Source of the DNA: Patescibacteria group bacterium
Lineage (GTDB): Bacteria > Patescibacteriota > 4484-211
Direction: 5' to 3'
Length of the DNA stretch: 51,842 bases
Assembly: GCA_018818265.1 (NCBI GenBank)
Contig: JAHISN010000078.1
Span: forward strand, 1-51,842
Positions 43,530 to 51,842 of the stretch are shown in pieces. Each line of letters starts with the position of its first letter. Position 1 is the first letter of the stretch. The position numbers and the translations under genes are program-made. Under the pieces are notes generated by a model. It was given only the letters and a program-made list of their open reading frames with translations. It was not told where the DNA came from and did no database searches.

Positions 43530-43882
43530 TGCGAAAACACAATAAAGGGAAAAAATTTTCGCGCAAAATTGGTCACCGACGGGCATTATTTAAAAGCCTT
43601 GCCAAAGAACTTTTTCTACATGAGAAGATAAAGACCACTCTGCCAAAAGCGCGGGTATTACGTCCATACGCAGAAAAATTGATTACCAAAGCCAAAAGTG
43701 CCCGGCCCGGAGATATCCAGAAACTGCGCCAAGTTTTTCCTTACCCTCACATTATGAATAAGCTGATCAAAGACATCGCCCCCCGGTTTGTAAACCGTCC
43801 TGGGGGATATATCCGTATTCTTAAACTAGGACCAAGAAGAGGAGATAGTGTCGAGGAGGCGATAGTTGAGTTAGTAGAGTAG
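43529..43882 (+). CDS. rplQ: 50S ribosomal protein L17
   Basis: MRKHNKGKKFSRKIGHRRALFKSL. Confidence 0.95.
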   Translation: MRKHNKGKKFSRKIGHRRALFKSLAKELFLHEKIKTTLPKARVLRPYAEKLITKAKSARPGDIQKLRQVFPYPHIMNKLIKDIAPRFVNRPGGYIRILKLGPRRGDSVEEAIVELVE

Positions 43883-44150
43883 TAACCTTTGACCATTGAC
43901 ATTAGACTTTTGACTCTTTGACTTTCGCCTTTATAATAATTTACAAATTCCAAGCACCAAATAGCAAACAATGTCAAATGACCAAAGCACAAAATTCTAA
44001 GCATATTCGCGCGACTAGATATATGTTTGGAACATTGACAATTTGAATTTTGTATTTGTTTGTGATTTGGAATTTGTGATTTGGAATTTACTGTTGATAA
44101 AACTAATACTGTTACTACCGATCTAATTATGGCAAACTGAGAAAACGCTT
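43883..44150. repeat. 268-nt spacer of nested low-complexity inverted repeats (TTGAC words; TTGGAATTTGTGA words)
   Basis: CTTTGACCATTGACAT pairs with ATGTCAAATGACCAAAG. AAATTCCAAGCACCAAATAGCAAACA pairs with TGTTTGTGATTTGGAATTTGTGATTTGGAATTT. Confidence 0.75.
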
Positions 44151-44585
44151 ATGACACTCTTCAACCACAACATCAAACCCAATCAAATCACACGCTCTTG
44201 GTATCTCGTTGATGCTTCCGATAAAGTTTTGGGGCGAATCGCGACCCGAATTGCCGATATCCTGCGAGGCAAACACCAACCATATTTTAGCCCCCAGTGG
44301 GATATGGGTGATTATGTTATTGTTACTAACGCCGTTAAGGTCAAGCTAACAAGCAATAAAGATGACACAAAGATTTATTATCGCCATACTGGGTACCCAG
44401 GCGGCATCCGGTCGGAAACAGCTGGGGAGTTACGTGCCCGTAAACCCGAAGAACTGATTATCCGCGCCGTTAGGCGTATGCTACCAAAAAACAGACTGTC
44501 AAGACAAATCATCAAAAAGCTCTTCGTTTATGCGGGAGAAACACACCCACATGGAAAGAGAAAATTCGAGAAGCTAAATTTGTAA
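44151..44585 (+). CDS. rplM: 50S ribosomal protein L13
   Basis: RSWYLVDASDKVLGRIATRIADILRGKH. Confidence 0.95.
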   Translation: MTLFNHNIKPNQITRSWYLVDASDKVLGRIATRIADILRGKHQPYFSPQWDMGDYVIVTNAVKVKLTSNKDDTKIYYRHTGYPGGIRSETAGELRARKPEELIIRAVRRMLPKNRLSRQIIKKLFVYAGETHPHGKRKFEKLNL

Positions 44586-44591
44586 CAAGTA

Positions 44592-44990
44592 ATGGCTAAC
44601 ACAACAACCATCTGGACATCCGGCGGAAGAAAAACTTCCACCGCCCGTATAAAACTAAGTCCCGGGAAAGGGACATTAACGATCAACGATCGGTCACTGG
44701 AGGAGTACTTTCCCCTTAAAGACGATCAGGTCCGCCTTTTCGAACCATTCAAAACTGTTGACCTAGAGGCAGGAACGTTTGATGTTTCTCTTAAAGTCGC
44801 TGGCGGTGGTAAAAAGGGACAATTAGATGCCTGTCGTCATGCTATTACTCGCGGCTTGGAAAAATATAATCCCGACTTACGAACTAAACTAAAAAGCGCC
44901 GGCCTGCTTACTCGCGATCCACGAGCTAAAGAGCGTAAGAAATACGGCCTTCGCAAAGCTCGCCGCGCCCCGCAATTCTCGAAGAGATGA
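44592..44990 (+). CDS. rpsI: 30S ribosomal protein S9
   Basis: GGRKTSTARIKL...GGGKKGQLDACRHAITRGL...RKKYGLRKARRAPQFSKR. Confidence 0.96.
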   Translation: MANTTTIWTSGGRKTSTARIKLSPGKGTLTINDRSLEEYFPLKDDQVRLFEPFKTVDLEAGTFDVSLKVAGGGKKGQLDACRHAITRGLEKYNPDLRTKLKSAGLLTRDPRAKERKKYGLRKARRAPQFSKR

Positions 44991-45012
44991 AAACGACCCC
45001 TTTCTCCTTATC

Positions 45013-45897
45013 TTACACACCCGCTACTAATTTCCAAAGCTGGGTTTCCAAATCCTGCCCACCCATTTTTGTCGATAAATCAATCTCCAACAAATGAGAA
45101 TAAATCTCTTTTAATATAGCCACTTCCCAGCGCGGAGACTGTTTTATAAGTTTAGCAGTTACAAATGGGTGTAGCCCTTTAAGACCATCTTTGTATTTAG
45201 ACAGAAGAAGCAAACGAAACTGGCGCACCAGCATATGAAAGATATAACTCGCTTCCTGACCTTCAGTCAATAGCTTTTTCAAACAACTTGCGGCATATTT
45301 TCTGTCGCGCCCACTTAAGGCATCAGTAAACTCAAAAATATTCTCCTCTACACTTTTAGCGCTAAGAGCGGCCACATCCTGAATCGTAATTTTGCGTTCC
45401 GCTGTATAGGCAGTGAGCTTATTTAGCTCGTTTGTGAGCCGCCACAAATCACTACCATGATATTCAATAAGCTTCTCGATAGCCGCACCATCAATTTTGT
45501 CTGCACCTATATAGCCTAAAAGCCACCGCCGTAGCGCTGGCTTCCTTAGCGGCGCAAACTCAAAAACTTGTGCTTCTTTCCTAAGCCACTTGGTAAATTT
45601 GAACCGCTTGTCAATTTCCCCTGATTGATAGATGATAACCACTTGCGAAGCGACTGCTTTTTCTAAAGCCTCTTGCAGGTCACTAAAAAAATCAGGATCG
45701 CGCGAAAAGTCCAAAACATCACGCAAGATAAGAACTGAGCTGTTCCCAAAAAGAGAAGTCTGATTAACCGACAAGGAACTAATATCAAAACTTTGTGCCG
45801 TACCATCAATAACCCTTAGGGACTTTTTATCCGGCGCAAGTTCGTCAATTTTTTTTCGCGCCCGGTAAGTATCAGGCCCGCAGATTAGATGAAGCAT
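45013..45897 (-). CDS. holA: DNA polymerase III delta subunit
   Basis: N-terminus MLHLICGPDTYRARKKIDEL, size, helical C-terminal domain. The motif match is weaker than for other calls. Confidence 0.6.
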   Translation of the reverse strand: MLHLICGPDTYRARKKIDELAPDKKSLRVIDGTAQSFDISSLSVNQTSLFGNSSVLILRDVLDFSRDPDFFSDLQEALEKAVASQVVIIYQSGEIDKRFKFTKWLRKEAQVFEFAPLRKPALRRWLLGYIGADKIDGAAIEKLIEYHGSDLWRLTNELNKLTAYTAERKITIQDVAALSAKSVEENIFEFTDALSGRDRKYAASCLKKLLTEGQEASYIFHMLVRQFRLLLLSKYKDGLKGLHPFVTAKLIKQSPRWEVAILKEIYSHLLEIDLSTKMGGQDLETQLWKLVAGV

Positions 45898-46021
45898 AAT
45901 GTTTTAATATCCGAAACTCGAATATCGAAATTCTAAACAGTAAGCAGTGGGATTGCGATGCTATATAGTAACCGCAAAACAAACTTACCACATTTTTAAT
46001 TAACATCCAGTCTATGGGTGC

Positions 46022-46129
46022 TTGTAGCGGCGGGTCTTTAGACCCGCGTCAGGAGAGATTACGTCCTTCTGTCGCTAGGCTTCAGCCAGAGGCTGATCCG
46101 CCTTTGGCGGAAAAGCCTAGCCGCTACAA
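46022..46129. repeat. Composite REP-like element bounded by TTGTAGCGGC / GCCGCTACAA
   Basis: Left part is GTAG plus GCGGGTC-TTTA-GACCCGC. The right 56 nt are identical to 3457-3512. The outer flanks CAAAACAAACTTAC (about 45972) and CATGTAAATTTGTTTTG (46139-46155) are also inverted. Confidence 0.85.
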
Positions 46130-46162
46130 CAAGAAACCATGTAAATTTGTTTTGAATCTTGG

Positions 46163-47263
46163 TTATTTGTGCTTCGAATTTGTCTTCCTTAAATCTATCA
46201 TATTTGCCTCCTTTAAAATCTCCGGCTGGGTGACTGCCGTTATCAGAGTTTGCTGTTTAGTAAACGAAGGCAAAAGCGCTTCTCTGGCTTTGTTATCCAG
46301 CTCCGAAAAAATATCATCACACACAAAAACTGGTCGTTGACCAAGTTTTTCCTCCATCAGATCCAACTGGCCAGTTTTTAGGCGCACCACTGCCAGGCGC
46401 TGCTGCCCTCGCGATCCAAAGAAAGATAAATCTTCCACAGAGCCGTTAGCAATAATGGGGCCAAGAATTTTCACCTCATCTCTCTGGGGACCAATAAGCG
46501 TAAAGCCCATTTCTCTTTCTCTTTCTTGAGTCTGTTTAAGTTTATTTCTAATCAACTCCTGAACCTGAGATTCTTCCCATCCTGATTCTAATTCACGACG
46601 AATAACCCGCGGACTGGGGTAATAATCTAATTTGAGTTTCCATTGACTCAACCGACAATTTAGTTCTTGCACCAATCGGTAGCGCTGTACAATGATCATG
46701 CCCCCAAAACTAACCAGTTTTTGATTCCAAAAAGCCATTTGCTCATCCATATCACGAGCCTGAGAAAGAAGTTTATTGCGCTGGTGTAAAACATGTCGAT
46801 ACTGTCCGACTATTTCCTCATACTCACTAGAAAGACCAACAAGAATATCATCAAGAAAGGCTCTTCTTAGAGCAGGGGAATCGGTAATGATGTCTAAATG
46901 ACGCGGAGAAAAAATAACCGCCTGAAAACGAGAAAAAAAATCCCGCGGCAAACAACTCTTCCCATTAAACAACAACTTCCTTCCGGAAGACTCCAAAGAA
47001 ACTGCCAGTTTAAATTTTGTTAAATCACCAGTAGAAATGACCCCCTCGGATACGGATTGCTTCTGTCCTTGTTTAATAAGATATTTTAACTTGGCTGAGC
47101 GGAAAGACTTTCCTACGGCCAGCAAACCAATAGCTTCCAGAAGATTGCTTTTCCCTGCGCCATTTGGCCCAACAATTATATTTAACCCCGAACTGAACTC
47201 GACGGCAAATTTCTCAAAATTGCGAAAGTTATGGAGACGAAAACTAGAAATATACACGGCCAT
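46163..47263 (-). CDS. recF: DNA replication and repair protein RecF
   Basis: FRLHNFRNFEKFAVEFSSGLNIIVGPNGAGKSNLLEAI and the C-terminal signature region. Confidence 0.9.
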   Translation of the reverse strand: MAVYISSFRLHNFRNFEKFAVEFSSGLNIIVGPNGAGKSNLLEAIGLLAVGKSFRSAKLKYLIKQGQKQSVSEGVISTGDLTKFKLAVSLESSGRKLLFNGKSCLPRDFFSRFQAVIFSPRHLDIITDSPALRRAFLDDILVGLSSEYEEIVGQYRHVLHQRNKLLSQARDMDEQMAFWNQKLVSFGGMIIVQRYRLVQELNCRLSQWKLKLDYYPSPRVIRRELESGWEESQVQELIRNKLKQTQEREREMGFTLIGPQRDEVKILGPIIANGSVEDLSFFGSRGQQRLAVVRLKTGQLDLMEEKLGQRPVFVCDDIFSELDNKAREALLPSFTKQQTLITAVTQPEILKEANMIDLRKTNSKHK

Positions 47264-47301
47264 CCTATTTTAACAGAGGGTGGCTGGTTAAGACAATTCA
47301 A

Positions 47302-47375
47302 TAATCCACAGGGCTGTGCCGCGCACTTATCCACAAACTTACGCCTTGACAATTATCCACAATGATTAATATAGT
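47302..47375 (+). promoter_or_regulatory. Three DnaA boxes overlapping the dnaA promoter
   Basis: TAATCCACA 47302-47310, TTATCCACA 47327-47335, TTATCCACA 47353-47361. TTGACA (47346-47351), 18-nt spacer, TATAGT (47370-47375), ending 9 nt before ATG 47385. Confidence 0.75.
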
Positions 47376-47384
47376 GTAGCAATA

Positions 47385-48785
47385 ATGAGCCAGTCATCTC
47401 CCAGCTCCTTTCCAAAATCTCCGCAAGAAACCAAGCAAATCTGGCAAAGTGTTCTAGGCCAAATCGAATTGAAACATTCGGCATCAATTGTTAATACATG
47501 GTTCAACAATACCCATTTGGAAAGTATCAACAAAAGCTCCGCAGTTATTTCCTGTCAATCACCATATACTCAAGATGTACTTCAAAAACGCTACAATAAA
47601 ACAATTGTTGAGTGTCTGGAAAAATCAACTCAGAAAAAGCTAGATTTAGAGTTTATTATTCAAAAAACTAAAGAAGGCCCGGATTCTGGCCCCTTATTTG
47701 ATCAGACTCCAGAAGAAGCAACCATTGGCGATAATTTCAAAACCCACGAAGAACACCAACACAATGTTAATCCGCGGTTTACCTTTGAAAATTTTGTCGT
47801 TGGTAATTGCAACCGCGTCGCCCACGCCGCCGCCTTAGCTGTTACCTCCGACCCGGGCACTGCTTACAATCCCTTATTCATTCACGGTGGATCAGGAATG
47901 GGAAAGTCCCATCTGTTGCACGCCATTGGCAACCATCTCCTTCAAAACCCAAAATGTGACCATCTATTGTGCTTCCCTGTAGAAACATTTATTAACGATT
48001 TTATAGACTCAATCCGCTATAAAAAAACTAAAGAATTTAAAAAGAAATACCGCCAATCCGACGGCCTGCTTATTGATGACATTCAGTTCATTGGCGGCAA
48101 CAAGATTTCCACTCAAGAAGAATTTTTTCATACTTTTAACGAACTCTATAGCGGCAATCGACAAATCATTATTTGTTCCGATCGGCCACCGGAAGAAATT
48201 GATCAATTAACTAAAAGACTTGTGACACGTTTTGCCGGGGGACTAATGGTAGAAATTAGCCCTCCCGACTTTGAAACCCGCCTGGCAATCATCCAAACCA
48301 AAGCCGCCGTGCTAGGAATGGATTTTAATACGGAAAGCGCCGAATTCGTAGCCCAATGCACCGAATCTAGTATACGAGAAATTGAGGGGATTCTTTTAAA
48401 AATTCGCAGCGAAACACTAGTCCGTGAACTCACTCCTACTTTGGGAGTTATTAAAAGCATCTTGATTGACAACAATTCAACAAAGAAAAATAAACAGACA
48501 ATGACTCCTGAATTAATTTTTAGATTAGTTAACGAGAGATTCGGCACCACCATGTCACAGCTGTGCGGACGGCGTCGCAAATCCGAAATTGTTATCCCGC
48601 GACAAATCGCCATGTATTTACTTCGCAACGACTTGGGTCTAAACCTGGAACATATCGGAGACCTGCTAGGAGGAAGAGACCATACCACAGTAATGCACGG
48701 CACCGACAAAATCAGTAGTTTATTAAAAAAGAAGAAACCTCTTATCTGCGAGGCAGTAAGATATATAAGACAGGAGATTTATTAG
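47385..48785 (+). CDS. dnaA: Chromosomal replication initiator protein DnaA
   Basis: FENFVVGNCNRVAHAAA, GGSGMGKSHLLHAIGN, LIDDIQF, C-terminal HTH GGRDHTTVMHG. Confidence 0.96.
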   Translation: MSQSSPSSFPKSPQETKQIWQSVLGQIELKHSASIVNTWFNNTHLESINKSSAVISCQSPYTQDVLQKRYNKTIVECLEKSTQKKLDLEFIIQKTKEGPDSGPLFDQTPEEATIGDNFKTHEEHQHNVNPRFTFENFVVGNCNRVAHAAALAVTSDPGTAYNPLFIHGGSGMGKSHLLHAIGNHLLQNPKCDHLLCFPVETFINDFIDSIRYKKTKEFKKKYRQSDGLLIDDIQFIGGNKISTQEEFFHTFNELYSGNRQIIICSDRPPEEIDQLTKRLVTRFAGGLMVEISPPDFETRLAIIQTKAAVLGMDFNTESAEFVAQCTESSIREIEGILLKIRSETLVRELTPTLGVIKSILIDNNSTKKNKQTMTPELIFRLVNERFGTTMSQLCGRRRKSEIVIPRQIAMYLLRNDLGLNLEHIGDLLGGRDHTTVMHGTDKISSLLKKKKPLICEAVRYIRQEIY

Positions 48786-48856
48786 CTTCATTAGCTTCAC
48801 TAGCTTCATTAGCTTCACTAGCTTCATTAGCTTCATTAGCTTTTTAGCTTGTTAGA
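48784..48856 (+). repeat. Tandem 9-mers AGCTTCAYT (about 6 to 8 units), left-arm-only AGCT-word element after dnaA
   Basis: AGCTTCATT AGCTTCACT AGCTTCATT AGCTTCACT AGCTTCATT AGCTTCATT AGCTTTTT AGCTTGTT. No complementary arm lies nearby. Confidence 0.85.
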
Positions 48857-48869
48857 GATTAGCAAAACA

Positions 48870-48892
48870 TGTAGTAGCGTAATTTATTACGC
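48870..48892 (+). repeat. REP-like 23-nt hairpin (stem GCGTAAT)
   Basis: TGTAGTA followed by GCGTAAT-TT-ATTACGC. Confidence 0.85.
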
Positions 48893-49051
48893 GCTTCTCG
48901 CCCACAACTTGTGCATAACTGTGCCCCTCGCGTTGATAACTTGTGAACAAGTCGCCGCCTTTGTGGGCAATTTGCATGGCGCAAATTTTCCTCTCCACTT
49001 TCTATCCACTCTTCATCCCACCATTTTTAGCTCACTTTATAAGCAACAGAT

Positions 49052-49077
49052 AATAAAAAAGCCTCCGTTAGGAGGCT
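49052..49077 (-). terminator. Rho-independent terminator of the AAA+ ATPase gene
   Basis: AGCCTCC-GTT(A)-GGAGGCT, followed on the minus strand by TTTTTTATTAT. Confidence 0.7.
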
Positions 49078-49172
49078 GACAAAATCCACAATCGCAACTA
49101 TTGAATATGCCCGTTATCACAACTAATTAACCTACCATCTACATATCCACGAGGATTACTATTATTACTAAT

Positions 49173-50528
49173 TTAGAAAGAGAATTTATTAATTAACCAG
49201 AAAGGAATAAAATGGATAGTTGTTTGTTTATATTTAGTCTGATCCAGTAAATTTCGGTTTAGAAAAAATCCCTGTTCCGGGTGATATTGATTTAGAAAAC
49301 TTAAGAAAGAACGTGAGGTGCGGGGTAAAGTCATTTCTTGACTTTTTACTTCTATAGGTATTATTTCTTCTCCTTGTCGAATGACAAAATCTACTTCGGC
49401 GCCGGTTTGTGTTCGCCAGAAGTGAAATGTTGATGGTGGATGAATTTTCCTTGTTAGTTCATTGAAAACAAAGTTTTCTATTAGCGCTCCGTGATCGCCT
49501 CTGGTAGTAATAGAAGTAAAATTATTGATAATAAAGTTCCGAAGCCCGTTATCAAGCCAAAAGACTTTTTGGTTTTTAACAAGTTCTCGCTTGCGATTGG
49601 TAAAAAACGGGGGCAGCATTGTTAAAACAAAGCTGTCCTGCAGGACGGTGAGATATTTTTTGACGGTAGCCCGGGTTATTTGAAGAGAAGATGCCAGTTC
49701 GCTAAAATTAACAAGATTTCCCAACTGAAAGGCGGAAAGAGAAACCAGTTTGTTAAAGGCTTCCACATTTTCTACTCCCAGGTAATCTTGCACATCCTTT
49801 TTTAGGTAGCTGGAATATATTTCTGCTAATTCGGCAATTTTATCCTGTGGGTCAGGTGTCATTACTACTTTGGGGTAACCACCGTACAAGAGGTACTCAC
49901 AAGCCGCTTTCCAGATGGCTTCTCCGTAAAGGTGGGTGAAATCTAGGAGTTCATTTTTGTTTTGTAGAGAAGGAATGCTTTCAACTTTTTTTCTTAGGCT
50001 TTGTTTTAGAAATTCGGCAAAGCTTAAGGGCGTTAAAAGAAATTCTTTCTTTCTACCAGTTAGGTGTTCTTTGGTTTTTGCTTTAACCTCTAAAGAGGAA
50101 GAACCAGAGATAATTAGTTTAAAGGGCATATCTAAATCCTGAATTTGTTTTAGAAATAAACCGGCATTCTTTACGCGCTGAATCTCGTCAATAAAGATAT
50201 AGGCGCGTTTATTATTAGTTGATTTAGACTGAATAAATTTGACAAATGAGGATACTTGTTTAAACAGAGCCTGTAGGTTTTCGTTGTCTAGGTTGAAATA
50301 AAAAATGCTATTGTTAAGTCCTTTTTCTACCAAAGATTGAATTTGTCGTTTGATGAGTGTTGTTTTCCCGCTTTGTCTGGGACCGAGAATTACTAAAACG
50401 TCCGGATTTTCCAGCCAATGGGAAAGCCAGGTAGAAGCGTCTCTTTCGATAAAAGGATGAACGTGAAAACTCTTTTCTCGACGCCAAGGATTTTGAAGGT
50501 TAAAGATTGATAATGGGTCCATAAACAA
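49173..50528 (-). CDS. AAA+ ATPase with a C-terminal DUF4143-type (PD-(D/E)xK-like) domain
   Basis: Walker A GPRQSGKTTL, Walker B YIFIDEIQ, C-terminal GAEVDFVI...IPIEVK. Confidence 0.8.
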   Translation of the reverse strand: MFMDPLSIFNLQNPWRREKSFHVHPFIERDASTWLSHWLENPDVLVILGPRQSGKTTLIKRQIQSLVEKGLNNSIFYFNLDNENLQALFKQVSSFVKFIQSKSTNNKRAYIFIDEIQRVKNAGLFLKQIQDLDMPFKLIISGSSSLEVKAKTKEHLTGRKKEFLLTPLSFAEFLKQSLRKKVESIPSLQNKNELLDFTHLYGEAIWKAACEYLLYGGYPKVVMTPDPQDKIAELAEIYSSYLKKDVQDYLGVENVEAFNKLVSLSAFQLGNLVNFSELASSLQITRATVKKYLTVLQDSFVLTMLPPFFTNRKRELVKNQKVFWLDNGLRNFIINNFTSITTRGDHGALIENFVFNELTRKIHPPSTFHFWRTQTGAEVDFVIRQGEEIIPIEVKSQEMTLPRTSRSFLSFLNQYHPEQGFFLNRNLLDQTKYKQTTIHFIPFWLINKFSF

Positions 50529-50566
50529 CTTTGTTATTTGATATCACTAGTGTACAAACAACAAGG

Positions 50567-51331
50567 TTATTTGTCAAGAGGCGTCTTCGCTGGGGAAGGC
50601 TTGGCGGATTTAATCTCGTCCCTTAGCAATACCAAAGTCTCTTGTTTGAGGGTTTTACGGATACGGTTAAATTCTTCGTAGGGTAAAAGAAAATTTAGAT
50701 CTTGAGTAATGACGTTTTCGGTAATTTTTTCCTCAACAAAATCGCTTAATTCTTTTAAATATTTCTTGCAAGGAATACCACGTCTTTCTTCAATAATTTT
50801 TGGTTTATAAGTTAAGCCCTGGGTGAAAAAATGATGAATATCGTAAATATCGCGTCCGGCAATGGAATTGTTCTTCTCATATCGCTCTTTAAGCGCGACC
50901 AGCTTGTTGGCAAACATTGTTTCGATAGTCTGACAAACGGCATAACGGTCAATTTCTTTAAGATACTGAGGTTTGTAGTCGTTACTTTTTGCAGGAATAT
51001 CAGATATATCCAGTTTGAGAGTATTCCTTTGCTGGGGTTTAGATGGGTACTTTAGAAAAAATTGCAGGACACGCTGACTTTCGTCTTTAATTGAGTAATC
51101 CAGTTTTTTAAACAGCCGATGCAGGTTTTTTTCAATTTCGTTCTTGTTGGCGTTTTTACTGAGGTCAAAGTCAAGGTCAATGGAGAAGCGATCCAGGAAA
51201 CCCAGGAGTGAGGCACAGGTGCCGCCTTTAAAGTAAAGGGTTCTCGCCAGGAGATTGTCATCCAAAATATTGATGAGTAGGCGGTACATTTGGGCTTTGT
51301 GCAGGGCGTCCTGCGGTCGAGGTAAAATCAT
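50567..51331 (-). CDS. Nucleotidyltransferase AbiEii/AbiGii-family toxin
   Basis: LYFKGGTCASLLGFLDRFSIDLDFD. 4-nt overlap with the upstream AbiEi-like gene. Confidence 0.8.
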   Translation of the reverse strand: MILPRPQDALHKAQMYRLLINILDDNLLARTLYFKGGTCASLLGFLDRFSIDLDFDLSKNANKNEIEKNLHRLFKKLDYSIKDESQRVLQFFLKYPSKPQQRNTLKLDISDIPAKSNDYKPQYLKEIDRYAVCQTIETMFANKLVALKERYEKNNSIAGRDIYDIHHFFTQGLTYKPKIIEERRGIPCKKYLKELSDFVEEKITENVITQDLNFLLPYEEFNRIRKTLKQETLVLLRDEIKSAKPSPAKTPLDK

Positions 51332-51842
51332 AAGTACCCGATGATTTGTTGGAGCTTTTTGACCTGCTCCCAGTCGATTAATTTTCGCGCATCAAAAAAG
51401 TAGCGGGTATTAAAGTAGAGGATGTCCGCTACCGCTCTTTCCACGGTGGCTTTGGCAATATTGTCCTCTTTTATCAATCCCGCGCTTTGGAACAGATATT
51501 CGTCTTTTAACTGTCGTACTAGATAATTATGCGAGCCTAGAGTGAATTTTTTAGATTGGCTGGAGATTAGCGTGATATAGTTGCTACCCTGGAAAATAAT
51601 GCCGTTTTGGACTAGAACGCTCTCGGTGCTCAAATAGGCGTAAGTATGTAAATAACTAATACCTAGTATGACCGGATCAAGTTGTTCAATGGGAACAGTA
51701 GAGTAGAATCCTTTGTGGATACGAAGCAGAATTCCTTTGTGAGCGTATCTTTTGATGGTGGTATAAAGCGTATTTTTGTTGTTAATTTGCCAGAGCAAGG
51801 CCAAGTCTTGGGTGTGAAAGATTTTTTGGTTCTGTTTAAGAA
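51328..51842 (-). CDS. AbiEi-family antitoxin/transcriptional regulator (5' end beyond the window)
   Basis: The frame stays open to the window edge (...LKQNQKIFHTQDLALLWQINNKNTLYTTIKRYAHKGILLRIHKGFYS). Confidence 0.7.
   Translation of the reverse strand, partial: LKQNQKIFHTQDLALLWQINNKNTLYTTIKRYAHKGILLRIHKGFYSTVPIEQLDPVILGISYLHTYAYLSTESVLVQNGIIFQGSNYITLISSQSKKFTLGSHNYLVRQLKDEYLFQSAGLIKEDNIAKATVERAVADILYFNTRYFFDARKLIDWEQVKKLQQIIGYL

Overview
About 42% GC window from a small, streamlined bacterial genome. It is probably Candidate Phyla Radiation/Patescibacteria-like: there is no rpmD between rpsE and rplO, IF2 is minimal, and many proteins are short. Genetic code 11 applies, since TGA is used as a stop. 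Core content is as follows. (1) A first ribosomal block runs rplC to adk (10.4-21.9 kb). (2) nusA-ylxR-infB occupies 21.9-24.9 kb. (3) A second ribosomal block runs infA-rpmJ-rpsM-rpsK-rpsD-rpoA-rplQ-rplM-rpsI (40.4-45.0 kb). (4) Single core genes include clpC, ftsE, comM, recJ, yidD and one tRNA-Ser(CGA). (5) The replication-origin neighbourhood is holA, recF <-> dnaA with three DnaA boxes. Accessory content includes a decayed RAYT-like HUH transposase, an overlapping RhuM/DUF2130 pair, and four consecutive phosphohydrolases. It also includes a high-GC islet around a pilin-like gene, GT2 and GT-C-like glycosyltransferases, RelE/Phd and AbiEi/AbiEii toxin-antitoxin pairs, and an AAA+/DUF4143 ATPase. 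The most unusual property is non-coding. Intergenic DNA, including spacers inside the ribosomal protein operons, is colonised by several repeat classes. One is a GTAG-headed REP-like hairpin family with covarying stems. A second is GC-rich composites bounded by TTGTAGCGGC/GCCGCTACAA. A third is a 45-nt double-hairpin module sitting 2 nt upstream of two unrelated start codons. A fourth is long hairpins built from short repeated 'words'. Other notable points are a perfect 8 x 12-nt in-frame tandem repeat encoding (QWFR)n, a terminator-type leader abutting rplC, and leaderless-type promoter geometry at several genes. All functional calls rest on motif recognition by eye; no database search was run.
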